DNA of 64,000 nt from Octopus sinensis (Eukaryota). Made by a program: the position numbers and the translations under genes. The DNA lies in contig NC_043013.1 of NCBI RefSeq assembly GCF_006345805.1, forward strand, positions 35,898,001-35,962,000. Reading direction: 5' to 3'. Shown here piece after piece: positions 39,661-53,754 of the stretch. The notes below the pieces were generated by a model. That model was not told the DNA's origin and did no database searches. It saw only the letters and a program-made list of their open reading frames with translations. Within the stretch, counting starts at the first letter, position 1. Every line of letters begins with the position of its first letter.

Positions 39661-40869
39661 TGCTTTGCCCCAAATTTTTTTTGGTTTTGGGTTTTTTTGG
39701 TGGGGCGGGAGTTTAACAACTTCTTCACTGTTCCATTTATGAGGTTGCTGTGTAACTTGCAAGACAGAAAAAGAACACGAAAAAGGACAAAGTTACCACA
39801 ACTAAGAAATGGATATTTGAGAGGTAAATGGCTTTATGCTAGGTATTGAAAGGCTAAAATATGATAGAGTGACAAGCACAGGTGTCTTGGTATAAAGGAG
39901 ATAAGAGATGGCTAAAGGAGATAAAAGGATGGTAGCCATGGAGTGCTGGAGCAAACTCTCAAGATACAAGAAGTGAGGACATTAAAAGAGGATATGGGCA
40001 TTATGGACAGTGGGTCATGGGAGGAGGTGATGGAGTGGATACTTTCGTAAGGGTGTGGGAGGAGTAATGGATGGTTAAGGATGTGGGTAGAGGTGAATAG
40101 CATGAGTGGTGAACCAGGGTGGCAGAGCAGATGAAGGGAGATGCCAGTGTGGAGAGGGGTAAGGTGAGAGATATAGGAATGGCTGAGGAAGGGGAATAAA
40201 TTAGAAAGTTGTGGGATTATGTGTAAGGTGTAGTTGTGAAGATGGAAGTACATAGAGGTGTAAATAAGAGGCTATAGTAAGTGTGGTGCGATGAGAGACA
40301 TGTGAGGGCTTTGAGAATGACAGGAGATAGGTGAGGTGTTGAGAATGGAGTACAGCAGAAGGGTGAGAGAGGGATCATTGGTTGAAGGCACAGAAAGGGA
40401 ACGATTGGTAGACATAATATGAGCAGAGATGATAATGAAGAATGAAAGTGGTTTCAGGAGAGGAGGGAGGGAGGGAGGTGGCTGGAGAGGAGGGAATGAA
40501 ATATGTGAAATGTGTATCAATTCTACTCTCAGATGACAACAGTAGGTAAGCAGTACAATAAATGGGAAAATGATAGGTGCTAGGGGATGAACATTTGGCA
40601 AAATGCTTGACGTGTCAAAAATGAAATAAGAGACAGATCCCCACATGTACAAGCATAATCAAGAGGTTTTTGCATACACAAAGCAAATTAAATAAAATTT
40701 GGGATTTTGCAGAGGGTCGAAATAGGTAACTCAAACAGGACAATGAAAACAAGCAGGAAGGACTGCTAAGCCTAAACGAGGTTTTGGTGGCAAACACATA
40801 AATCAAGCTAGGACAGGAGACAAACAAGAACACCGTCTTCCTTGTTCCAGCTACAACGGAGGCACATAT

Positions 40870-41020
40870 ATCTCTTTTACTCTTTTACTTGTTTCAGCCA
40901 TTTGACTGCGGCCATGCTGCATCACTGCCTTTAGTTGGGTAAATCAACTCCAGGACTGATGTAAACATACCAGCATCAGTTGTCAAGCAATGCTGGGGGG
41001 GGACAACTACAGACATACAA

Positions 41021-41056
<36 letters not shown>

Positions 41057-41073
41057 ACACACACATGCACACG

Positions 41074-41115
<42 letters not shown>

Positions 41116-41262
41116 ACGGGCTTCTTTCAGTTTCCGTCTACCAAAGCTTTGGTCGGCCTGAGGCTATAGTAGAAGACACTTGCCCAAGGTGCCATGCAGT
41201 GGGACTGAACCCAGAACCAAGTGGTTGGTAAGCAAGCTACTTACCACACAGCCACTCCTGCA
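40870..41262 (-). mobile_element. tRNA-derived SINE (dominant family), internally deleted
   Basis: Reverse-complement match to the family. Confidence 0.8.
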
Positions 41263-42464
41263 CCTATTATTTATATTATATATATATAATATATATATAT
41301 AATATATATATATTACACACACACACACAGAGGAGCTTCTTTCAGTTTCCATTAACTACATCCACTTACAAGGTGCAGCACAGTAGGACTGAACTGTGAA
41401 CCATGTGAGTGGGAAGCAAACTTCTTACCACACAGCCATGCCTATCAAAAACATATACTGAATACAGAATACAGAATACAGAAAAATTAGTATAGAAATT
41501 ATGAAGCAATTAATCCTATTATTTCTAGCTGCTCATTCTTAGATCAAAATTGAGTATGTAAACAGACATGACAGAGCTGCAGCTTCCATACACTAGAAAT
41601 TATATCATCATCATAGAACAATCAGAGAGAAGAGAGATAGTTTAAACACAGAGTATAAAAGAGTTTTCTGAATTACAAAGTGACCATACTCTGTGATATG
41701 TTGATTTATACAGACAGGGTAATTAAAGCAAATTACCCAGATATTATTGCCAAAGCCCATCAGGAAATAAAAAAAAAAATAAATAAAAATCGTTTCTAAT
41801 TAATGTATCAATTCCAAGTGATGACAATATGTCGCTGAAAGAAATGAAGAAACTAATCCAAAAATGATTGAAATGTTGTTTCCTCGTTGGAGAAGTCATT
41901 ATTTCTCACTGGCAAAGTTTTCAAGTTTTGTCTGGTTAAAATCAAACCAAAGTCTGCTGTACAAATTAGAATGGTTGTGTGGTTACAAAGGTGGCTTTGG
42001 AATTAAGTGGTCCTGGGATCGGTATCCACCATGTGGCACCTTGGGCAAGTGTCTTCTACAATGGCCTCGAGCTAATCAATACATTATCAGTGGAATTGGC
42101 ACATGGAAACTGAGACATCTTTTGTGTATATAGTGTCATCATCATCATCATCATCGTCATTTTTTAGCACCCATCTTCCATGCTGGTATGGGTTGGAAGG
42201 TTTGACAGGAGCAGGCAAGTCAGAAGACTACATTAAGATCCACTGTCTGTATTGACATAGTTTCTATGACTTGCTGGCCAAGTGTACATATATAATACTT
42301 TTAAAAGAATTATAATAATGTGTGTGTGTGTATGTGTGGGTATCATCTATTTCTATATTATATATTACCTGCATTACATATATGTATTTTTACACACACA
42401 CACATACACACACATATATATATATATACAGTGTGTATGTGTATATATATATATATATATATGT

Positions 42465-42672
42465 GACCTCGTGAGTACCACTGGCGATTTTTTTCCTCTG
42501 TCTTCCCTTCTCGGGATCTTTCCTTCTCCTATGTTTCCGACAAAGAGCTCTGCTCAAAACATTAAACCCTCCTTCTTCCCTTCTTTCCTGAGCATCCAAT
42601 AATACTTTATTTGTTCCACGTCCTCGCGTTGCTATGTTTTTTTGTTTTTTTTGTGTTTTCTTGTTTGGATTA

Positions 42673-42675
<3 letters not shown>
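42465..42675 (+). mobile_element. Hammerhead-element family of 17330-17530, CpG-decayed copy
   Basis: atgttt-ccgacaa-agagctctgctc-aaaa-catt-aaac at 42531-42567; flanked by (TA)n. Confidence 0.8.
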
Positions 42676-42769
<94 letters not shown>

Positions 42770-42774
42770 TTTTT

Positions 42775-43155
42775 TACTCTTTTACTTGTTTCAGTCATTT
42801 GACTGCGGCCATGCTGGAGCACCACCTTTAGTCGAGCAAATCAACCCCAGGACTTATTCTTTGTAAGCCTAGTACTTATTCTAGCGATCTCTTTTGCCAA
42901 ATGACTAAGTTACGGGGATGTAAACACACCAGCATCGGTTGTCAACCAATGTTGGGGGAACAAACACAGACACATACACACACATACATACATATATATA
43001 CATATATATGACGGGCTTCTTTCAGTTTCTGTCTACCAAATCCACTCACAAGGCTTTGGTTGCCCCGAGGCTATAGTAAAAGACACTTGCCCAAAGTGCC
43101 ATGCAGTGGGACTGAACCTGGAATCATGTGGTTGGTAAGCAAGCTACTTACCACA
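42775..43155 (-). mobile_element. tRNA-derived SINE (dominant family)
   Basis: Reverse-complement match to the family. Confidence 0.88.
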
Positions 43156-43346
43156 TATATATAAAAATGGAACAAAAACACAATAGAGGACATTAAAACA
43201 TTCGGACAATAAGACAAGATAGACAATACAAAAGCAGGCAAGAGAAACAGCAATTAGAAGGACAGGCAAAAAAAGACGGATCATCCGAAAAGAACGAAAA
43301 TGCATACACTTAACATAGGTTTGATATATTATAAATGAAAGAGTAT

Positions 43347-43414
43347 TGAAAGTGTAACATGGTTGTCAACCGGTTTCACTGTTGAAACCGGTTGACAACC
43401 AAGTTACACTTTCA
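43347..43414. repeat. 32-bp-arm palindrome carrying the hammerhead 3' half (GAAACCGGTT)
   Basis: tgaaagtgtaacatggttgtcaaccggtttca-ctgt-tgaaaccggttgacaaccaagttacactttca (1 mismatch); outer tttgatatatt/aatatatcaaa. Confidence 0.85.
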
Positions 43415-43573
43415 CTTAAAATATATCAAAAGTATGTAAACTGTGTTCATTTTCCTTCTTTTTGTTTTATATATAGATGTTTTGCCTTACAACTCACTAC
43501 ATGGTGATAATCGAAATCTCTTCCTCCCTTTTCTCTCTCTTCCTCTCTCTCTCTCTATATATATATATATATG

Positions 43574-43623
<50 letters not shown>

Positions 43624-43969
43624 TATATATATTTGTATATATACACACATATTTATATATATATATATTTATATATATATTATGTTCTTCTATCCTTTTT
43701 TGTTTGTGGTCATGCTAGAGCACCGCTTTTAGTTGAACAAATCGACCCCAGGACTTACTCTTTGTAAGCCTAGTACTTATTCTATCAGTCTCTTAGGCCT
43801 GCCATCAGTTGTGAAGCGATGGTAACGAAACAAATGCACACAAGCACACACACATGCACACACACACACAAACACTCACACATACACACACACATGCACA
43901 CACATATATATGGAGCAAGGGCTGGGTTGTGCTTGCAAGTATATTGATATTACTACTGCAAGCATATAT

Positions 43970-44040
43970 ATCATCATCCTTATCATCACCATCATCATCA
44001 TCATCATCAATCGCCATCATCACCATCATCAATCATCATT

Positions 44041-44085
<45 letters not shown>

Positions 44086-44272
44086 TTCATCATCAACATC
44101 ATCATCACCATCAACATCATCATCATCATCATCATCAATCACCATCATCACCATCATCAATCACCATCATCATCATCATCAGTCACCATCATCACCATCA
44201 ACATCATCATCAATCACCATCATCACCATCATCAATCATCATCATTATCATCATCACCATCATCATCATCAA

Positions 44273-44313
<41 letters not shown>

Positions 44314-44425
44314 ATCACCATCATCACCATCATCAATCACCATCATCATCATCAATCATCATCATCATCATAATCATCATCAATAATCATCATCACCATC
44401 ATCATTATCATCATCATCATCATCC
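43970..44425. repeat. (CAT)n trinucleotide array
   Basis: Seen directly. Confidence 0.95.
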
Positions 44426-44786
44426 TAACATGCTAACATGCTAACATGCAATTTTCCATGATTGCCAGAGGCAAACAAAACTTGTTGCGATAGACTTTCT
44501 GACCCAAGATACTCTTCCAGTCACCAACTCTCATCTGTCTCTAAGCAGAAAGATATTTCCCTCACTCCTCCAAACACAAACAGCACAAGGCTTGGACATG
44601 ATTTCAAATGACACTGCTTACATGTACACACACACACACACACACATGCACACGTATGCACACAAATTCAAATGCATGCATGCACACAGACATATACATA
44701 TATACACATACATACACAAGCATATAAATTGACAGAAGACATGTATATATAGACAAACAGATAGACAGACAGAAAGATAGACAGTC

Positions 44787-44853
<67 letters not shown>

Positions 44854-44858
44854 CAGAC

Positions 44859-44923
<65 letters not shown>

Positions 44924-45524
44924 CAGACAGACAGACAGATAGACAGACAAACAGAAAGGCAGTCAGACAGATAACTGATTGGTCCACCTTACAAATCCAT
45001 ACTCAATGATATTGTTTATTGTTTGAAATATATAAATCCTTGATATTGAATCTATTCTTCAGAATTCCAAATCTCTGATATTTTCTTCTCATCCAAATGT
45101 TCTATAGAAAAAGAAAAGACTTGGAACAGCAGAAATTGAAGCATTATATATCAATTAATTGTGATAAATTATATCTGTCTAGAGAAGAACAGCAGTTGAG
45201 TGAGTGGGGAGTGGGGCAGAATCTAAGGACTACAGGCCATTGACCATATTCATTCTCTTAGAATATATAAGAAAATAAAACTATCAGACACTGCAAAAGT
45301 AAATAAAAACGTAAAGCAAAAAAAAAAAAAATGCAGCAGAGGTATTAACACTTCAAAGAGATTGAAAGATCATAAATACTTGCCAAATATTTGTTCTTGG
45401 ACGTAATGTAAAATAAGCCATTTTTTTTATAGAGACCATAAATGCGATGGAACGGCAGAAACAATAATAACAACATGAAAAACAACAGCACCAGTAATGG
45501 CGCAAACAACAGTGAGTAAAAGAT

Positions 45525-45760
45525 ATTTGGTTGGAAAAAAAGTCCAGTCGCATTTCACGATGGGAAAGGAACAAATGCTTCTTTAGTCTAAGTTGGTATA
45601 TTTTATCAAAATGATATTTCCCCTCGTTATTGTGAACATTATTCCATCTACCTTGCAAGTTGTCAATTCTTTGGGCACCAAATTCTTCAGATCTCAAAAC
45701 AATGGAATACTACTCAATATCATTTTTAACCTTTTCTCAACTTACGATGTTTTGATGATA
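45525..45760 (-). pseudogene. Mariner-like transposase C-terminus and right end, decayed
   Basis: RSEEFGAQRIDNLQGRWNNVHNNEGKY resembles the mariner C-terminus (GI..L..RW..V....G.Y). Confidence 0.6.
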
Positions 45761-45781
45761 CAGGTGTGGAGCAATGCTGGA

Positions 45782-46512
45782 TTAACCCTTTGGTTACCAA
45801 CCCAGCTGAAACCACCTCTGGCTCTGAGTACAAATGTCTTGTTTTCATAAGTTTTGAATTAAAATCTTCCACCAAACCTTAATCACAGTTTATGTTCCTA
45901 ACACTAACTGAATGATAACTAAGTTATTTTACTAAATTCTTTGTTACATTTAACCCTTTCGATACCAACCCAAATGCAATCCTCCCTGGTTGTGTAGTAC
46001 GTCTTGTTTTCATAAGTTTGAATTAAAATCTTACACCAAACTTTAGTCACAATTTATGTTCCGAACACTAGCTGAATGATAGCTAAGTTATTTTACTAAA
46101 TTCTTTGTTATATTTAACCCTTTCGATACTAACCCAGCTGAAACCACCTCTGGTTCTGTAGTACAAATGTCTTGTTTTCCAAAGTTTTGAATTAAAATCT
46201 TCTACCAAACCTTTGTTATAATTTATGCTCCTAACACTAGCTTAATGATAACTAAGTTACTTTACTAAATTCCTTGTTACATTTAACTCTTTCGATACCA
46301 ACCCAGGTGAAACTACCTCTGGTTCTGTAGTACAAATGTCTTGTTTTCCTAAGTTTTGAATTTTATATCTTCCACCAAACCTTAGTCACAATTTATGTTC
46401 CGAACACTAGCTGAATGATAGCTAAGTTATTTTACTAAATTCTTTGTTATATTTAAAGTAATTGAAAGAAACAGAGAGCATCTCGAAATAAATAATGTAA
46501 CCAAAGGGCTAA
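45782..46512 (+). mobile_element. TTAA-bounded MITE with four tandem ~164-169-bp left-end units
   Basis: ttaa-c(c/t)cttt restarts at 45782, 45950, 46114 and 46283; a single right end gtaaccaaaggg-ctaa. Inserted in a hAT-like MITE end. Confidence 0.8.
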
Positions 46513-46679
46513 CCCATTAAGCAAAATAAGCACGTGCTTAGGGCATCAAGGGAAGGAGGGGGCACCACAGAAATGAAAATGGTTTACGGCACAAAAGAAA
46601 TCACTTTAAACTTCCTAAAATAATATTCATAATGCTTTATCTCTACTATGTATGAAAGAAGTTTTATGTAAAATCAATT

Positions 46680-46906
46680 TTAACCCTTTCATTGAGGTTT
46701 TTATTTTGAGATGCTCTGTGTTTCTTTCAATTAATTTTAAATACAACAAAGAATTTAGTAAAATAACTTAGTTGTCATTCAGCTAGGAAATATAGAGTGT
46801 GACTAAGGTTTGGTGGAAGATTTTAATTCAGAACTTTTGAAAACAAGACATTTTTACGACAGATCCAGAGGCGGTTTCAGCCGGGTTGGTATCGAAAGGG
46901 TTTTAA
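46680..46906 (-). mobile_element. Monomeric copy of the same TTAA MITE, inverted
   Basis: ttaaccctttc ... ggttggtatcgaaaggg; the body is the reverse complement of 46283-46512. Confidence 0.8.
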
Positions 46907-47850
46907 TAGGTGGCAAAAGAGAACCAATAGAATAAGTACTAGGCTTACAAAGAATAAGTCCTGGGGTTGATTTACTCGATTGACTAAAGGTGATGCTCCA
47001 GTATGGCCACAGTCAAATGACTGAAACAAGTAAAAGAGAGTAAAAGAGAAAGAGATATCATCATCATTATTGTCATCACCATCATTGTCGTCGTCATGAT
47101 AATCGTCATCATCGTTTAACTGCAGCACATGGTGGTCCAAATCAGATATGCAATTTATGTAGGTGTCTTTTTAGTACATTGTCTGGTTTAATAAGCCACG
47201 TCATCCATCGTACTGGATCTATGGTGTAAGTACAAGAGGTGGTCAGATTCCGCATAAGGAGTAGGCAACCACCACATACATATATATATATAAGCTAGTG
47301 CCACATAAGATGTGGTTCATTCTGTAAGATGGTTGGCATTAGGAAGAGCATCTAGATGTAAAAACCATGCCAATACAGAGAGTGAATCCTTGTGCAGTTT
47401 TTTGGTTTGCCAGCTCCTGTCAAAACATCTAACCCATGCCGGCAAGAAAAATAGATGTTAAATGATGATGGTGGTGATGGTGGTTGTGGCGGCGGCGGCG
47501 TTGTTGTTGTTGTTGTTGGTGGTGGTGGCAGCGGCAGTGGCGGTGGTGGTGGTGGTGGTGGTGGTGGTGATGATGGTAAGGATAATGTAGTCACCCACAC
47601 ACGCAATAAAAACAAGACATACTCCCATTGAGTACACTCAACGACCATGGCAGAGTTTCAATTTGCTTACCACATCGAAAATGTTCTTGGACAAAATTCA
47701 ATTTAGGAATTAGCAAAACTAGTGATTTTGTTGTTATTGTTACACACACACACACACACACATATGCATACATACATATCTACAGACATATATACATATG
47801 TTATATATCCATATATATATGTACATATGTATATATATATATATATATCC

Positions 47851-47882
<32 letters not shown>

Positions 47883-48149
47883 GTATCTCTATATATATAT
47901 ATGTACCTATATACATATATGTGTGTACACAATTATATGTATATATGCATATATGTATATGTATATATATATGTATGTACATATATATATATGCATATAT
48001 GCATAGATATATATATATCTATATGTATGTATATATATATATATGTACCAAATACAGATATATATGTACATGCATGTATAGATATATAATATATATATAT
48101 ATATGTGTGTAATATATAATATATATATTCATACACACATGTGCATATA

Positions 48150-48188
<39 letters not shown>

Positions 48189-48614
48189 GCCTATGACCTA
48201 CTGACACACGCAGAGTGTTTTAATGAAGTAAAAGAAGACAATAGCTATACAAAACCTAATGAAAATGAGAGAAAAGGACACCTAACAAGATACTAAAAAT
48301 ATAATATTGTGTAAAACACAAAAAAAGAATAGAAATTAAATGATAAAAACAAAAAAAATATGAATAAAAATGAAAGCTGTCTATTATTTTTGACTTTTTC
48401 TTTGAGTAAAGCCATTTACACTGGAATCATTTGCCAAATTAATTAAAGATTACAGAGGAATGGTGACAGGCAAGCATAGACAGACATACAGTCATACTTG
48501 TAATCAGGCATGAAATGTTACATACAGAGTTAAATAGAGCCATACGTACATACATATACATATATGTATACATATGTATGTACATATATATATATATGTG
48601 TGTGTGTGTTTGTG

Positions 48615-48651
<37 letters not shown>

Positions 48652-48748
48652 ATATAAGTGTATGTATATGTGCATTTATGTCTGTGTGTGTATGGTGTGC
48701 AGATATGTAGGCTACACATTTATATATATATAGATGTGTGTGTGTGTT

Positions 48749-48789
<41 letters not shown>

Positions 48790-49428
48790 ATATAAGTGTA
48801 TGTATATGTGCATTTATGTCTGTGTGTGTATGGTGTGCAGATATGTAGGCTACACATTTATATAATCAGTCATACGTAAGGGTGTTCATGTTTATATATA
48901 TATATATCTATCTATATATATATGTATGTACGTATGTATGTATTTATGTATGTATGTATGTATTTATCTATGTGTGTGTGCATATATATATATATGTGTA
49001 TATATATATGTATATAGTCTAGTATATATATATATTATAATATATATATATAATATATATATATATATATTACACAATATATATACCATATATATATATA
49101 TTGTATTTTATATGTACATAGACTAATAATTATATAGGTATAAATTTATGTATATGAAATTTACACATGTTCACATTTATACATGTCTGAATCAAGAAAT
49201 GCTAATGAATACACACATATACATACATACATACACATCTTTATATTTCTAAATGTAAATTGCACTACCACACACACACACACTCTCTCTCTCTCTCTCT
49301 CTTTCTATGTATGTATATATATATATATATATATCTATATATATACTGCTTATTATGCATACATATATATATATATATATGTATGCATATGTTAGTATGT
49401 ATGTATTGTATGTATGTCATCATCCTCA

Positions 49429-49528
49429 NNNNNNNNNNNNNNNNNNNNNNNNNNNNNNNNNNNNNNNNNNNNNNNNNNNNNNNNNNNNNNNNNNNNNNNN
49501 NNNNNNNNNNNNNNNNNNNNNNNNNNNN
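49429..49528. other. Assembly gap (100 N)
   Basis: Run of n. Confidence 1.
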
Positions 49529-49690
49529 AATCAACTTACTAGAAATAGCAACCAAATCTAACGATGACAATTTTATATAAAGTAACTCTAGAAACTCTGT
49601 TAAAATACAGAGAGGTGGTCATAACTAGAATGTCATTAATCATAAGTCTGTGTAGCTGAAGAGGGCTGATTAAGGATTAAGCGATTAATT

Positions 49691-49930
49691 CAAGGGTCAG
49701 CTGAAAACTTCATAGGCTGACCAATATAATCTCAAGGAATGTGACCAAATGAGATTTCTTTTTCAACACTGACCCCCTTCTGGTCAAGACAAATCTTCGT
49801 TTGGTGTTACAGTGCTTGGACCCCATTAGTGAAGAAGCTTTCAAAAAAGCAATCAGCAACAGTTCCCAGGCAAATGTTTTTTCATGTTAGGGAATAGATG
49901 ATAATTAGGACAGAGCCAAATCAGATTAGC
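49691..49930 (-). pseudogene. Mariner right end / transposase C-terminal remnant
   Basis: Minus strand GVQAL*HQTKICLDQKGVSVEK, next to a TIR-like gggtcagctgaaaacttc. Confidence 0.55.
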
Positions 49931-50075
49931 CTAATGAATAAGTTTGGTAGGCAGAAACTGAAAGAAGCCCATTGTGCGTGTATATGTGCATATGTACGAA
50001 TGTAAATGTGTGTGTGTGCACGTGTGTATATGTGCGTGCATATATATATACTTTATTAAAAACAGCAGATTCTGA

Positions 50076-50127
50076 ACAAAACTGTCCGATGAATGGGAAC
50101 ATGAAACTCTAAGTAAAAGATTTTTGT
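50076..50127 (+). ncRNA. Hammerhead motif, CCGAUGA variant, inside an inverted-repeat element (50051-50225)
   Basis: ACAAAACUGU-[CCGAUGA]-AUG ggaa CAU-[GAAA]-CUcuaAG-UA^-AAAGAUUUUUGU; flanked by ctttattaaaaacagcaga / tctgctgctttttaataaag. Confidence 0.6.
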
Positions 50128-50235
50128 GATATTTCTGCTGCTTTTTAATAAAGCATATTACTCTACCTCTGGTATTTGAGTACTATTTTTTCCGCCTTGT
50201 TTCATATTTATATGCTTACTCCAGTATATATATAC

Positions 50236-50792
50236 AAGTGATCACTTGTGACGGCAACTTTATGCTTCCATTCATCTTTCCACATGGCCTGAGACTCAAC
50301 ACGGAGGCCTATGTCAAGTGTCTGGAGGAGGTAGTGCTGCCCTGGGTCAAGTGGGTGGCTGCTGGAAGACCCTATGTCTGGCAACAGGGCTCTGCACCAT
50401 GCCACACAAGCAGAAGAACCCAGTCATGGCTGTCAGATAATTTCTGCAACTACATCACCCCTAACATCTGGCTACTTATCACCCCAGACTGCAACCCCCT
50501 TGATTATTGTGTGGGACACAGTTGATCAAGAGACCAACAAAACTCCTTGTAACACCAAAGATGAACTGAAGGCAAGGATTACAGCACATTCACCAACTTA
50601 AACAAGGAAACTGTCCAGAAAAGTTGCAGGAGATTCTGAAGTCGTCTGGAGATCGTAGTTGAAGCCAATGGCGATTTCATTGAATAAATTTACTCTTTAG
50701 TATTTCATGATATTTTTATGTAATTTTGGTAAATATATCTTTTAAAATGAGATGTCTGTGTTATTTTCATATTTGCATAATTTAGATGACAG
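50236..50792 (+). pseudogene. Tc1/mariner superfamily (DD37D/maT-like) transposase 3' fragment with right end
   Basis: PFIFPHGLRLNTEAYVKCLEEVVLPW...YVWQQGSAPCHTS...PDCNPLDY..., then ELKARI...SRLEIVVEANGDFIE*. Confidence 0.88.
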
Positions 50793-52224
50793 TTTAGTCA
50801 CTGCACGCTGTATATACATTCATATGTGGGGAGAGGCAGATTTCTTTGTGTCTATGTTTGTTCCCCCCTACTACAGGTTGACAGCCAGCATTTATGTGTT
50901 TACATCGACATAACATAGCAGTTTGGCAAAAGAGACTGATAGAATTAGTACCAGGCTTTACAAAAAATATAACTACAGGGGTAGTTATATACATTTGACT
51001 AAAATTCTTGAAGGGGTATGCGGGCAGTGGTGGTTGTGGTGATGATGATGATGATTGTGATGGTGGTTGTGGTGGTGTTGGGGGCAGGAGTGGGTGATGG
51101 CTGTGTTGGTAGTGGCTGTGGTGTAGGTGGTGGTAGTGTGGTGGTGGTGTGGTGGTGGTGGTGGTGGTGGTGGTGGTGGTAGTGGTGGTCGTAGTGGCCA
51201 CAGTCTGATGACTGGAACAAGTAAGAGATCACCACTATCAACAATGACAACATACCATTACAACCACGACCACCACCACCAATAATACCATCAACAGTAC
51301 AACACTACCAACATCTGCAATATAACTACTGTTGCTGCTATCATCGATATCAAGATGTCAGCTTTATCATCATCATCATCATCATCACCATAAGCAACAT
51401 CAAACAACAGCAACTCACACTACTACTACCATCACCACAACACCGCAACCACCACATCAACAACAACAACACTAGTGATATTATCATCAATGTCATCATC
51501 ATTATCATTATCATCGACAACACTGATGACATCACAACTGCCACCGACAACATTGCCTCCACTACCACCATCACCACCACCACTGCCACCACCACCACCA
51601 CCACCACTACCAGTGTCGTCACCACCACCATCACCACCATTAACAATAGCAGTAACAAGACATCATGACTACCACCATCAACCACTTCCATCATCACCAC
51701 CATCACCACTACGACCACCACTACGACCACCACCACCACTACCACCACCTACACCACAGCCACTACCAACACAACCATCACCCACTGCTGCCCCCAACAC
51801 CACCACCATCACCACCGCAACCACCATCACAATTATCATCATCATCATCATCATCATCATCACCACAACCACCACTGCCCCCATACCCCTAACCACTACC
51901 CACCCCGATCCTCACCCCCACCCCATTACCAACATCACCATCAATAATGTCACAAGATAACTAATCTAATCAAAATTGGATTTCTTAGTTTCTTCTTCTA
52001 TAGAATGTTCCGGAACATTTTTACAGTATGCAATTAACTGAGGTGCTGGATGGTGGTGGTGGTGGTGGTGGTGGTGGTGCTAGTGGTGGAAGCGAGTGGG
52101 GGTGGGTGGAAGTCCGGATAACTGTCTTTCACCACCACCCCTCTCCCCCACCTTCTCACCCCTCCCACTTCCTACATGTACATAGGCATGTGTACATGTA
52201 TGTGTGTTCATGTTTATGCAAGTG

Positions 52225-52258
<34 letters not shown>

Positions 52259-52456
52259 TGCATGTGTGTGTGGATGGGTGGGTGGGTGACAGTATGTATG
52301 TGTTTGACTTAATCAGTAATCTCGTTCTGTTGATTAGATTGAATAAATGAATGAATGAATGAATAGATAGAAAAATAGTCTGTATATGTACATATGAATG
52401 TATATATGTATATATACATTCATTGTATATATATATATATAATATATATAATATTA

Positions 52457-52506
<50 letters not shown>

Positions 52507-52761
52507 AATATATATATATATATTATATATATATATATATATCTACATATATATATGTATATATATATGATATATATATATACGCACATTATTTTTATGT
52601 TTCGCATATATATTACAAAATAATAATTATGTATGATATAATTTACATTATAAATGCATGTACATATACATACATATATATACATATATAGATATCTATA
52701 TCTATATATATATATGTATATGTTATGTATATATATATATACATATACATATATATATTAT

Positions 52762-52816
<55 letters not shown>

Positions 52817-53141
52817 ACATATACACATATATTCATCTGTGTGTTCATGGGAGCTTGTGTGTGTGTGTGTGTTTGGTGTGTGTGTATCTGCAAACACAAA
52901 CGCACCACATATTACAAGTAGAAATATATATATAGACACACACAGATAGATAATTATATATCTGTATTTCTGCATATATCTATAAATGTCTGTGTGTGTG
53001 TGTGAGTGTGTGTGTGTATATCTTTATGCGTTTATATATATGTATATGTAGCATGTTATACACACATGTCCATTCAATGATATATCAACAAATACATTTA
53101 TGTCTGTATGACTGCAGAGTGTATATATGCATGATGAATGG

Positions 53142-53196
<55 letters not shown>

Positions 53197-53712
53197 TGTG
53201 TGCGCGCGTGCGTGTGCGCATGTCCCTCCAGATTAATTTAACTGATTCAATCATTTACACTAATCAATCTATCAACCAATCAATAGATTGATTAAAATGA
53301 AATGAAAGAAATATACACAAGCAGAAAAAGCAAACCTTACATACCATTATCAACGCCGCCGCCGCCGCCACCCCTAATGCCGCTGTCGCCTACACCACCA
53401 CAACCACCGATAATACATTTTCTACCAACCATCATCATCATCGTCATCACGATCATCATCATCATCGTCATCACCATCACCAACGTCACTACACATAGCA
53501 ATCAACTGTTATCATTACCATCGACTACCACCACTACCACGACCATTGCAATCAAAACCCCCAGCCATGACCAACACCACAGCAAAACGCCAATACCATT
53601 TCTATCACTACCACCACTACCTTCTACCCACCCTCACCTCACCTCACCAGACATGACCACCAACAGCATCGTCAACATCACCACAACTATCACAGCACCA
53701 CTGCCTCACTGT

Positions 53713-53754
<42 letters not shown>

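Noticed and set aside
39900-40860. Purine-rich unique-looking stretch with minus-strand ORFs and a faint hammerhead-like pattern near 40770
   Set aside because: The ORFs are low complexity and the motif needs too many substitutions; probably an old unclassified repeat.
45782-46454. Regular array superficially like a CRISPR
   Set aside because: Whole units repeat with no unique spacers; eukaryotic MITE context and no cas genes.
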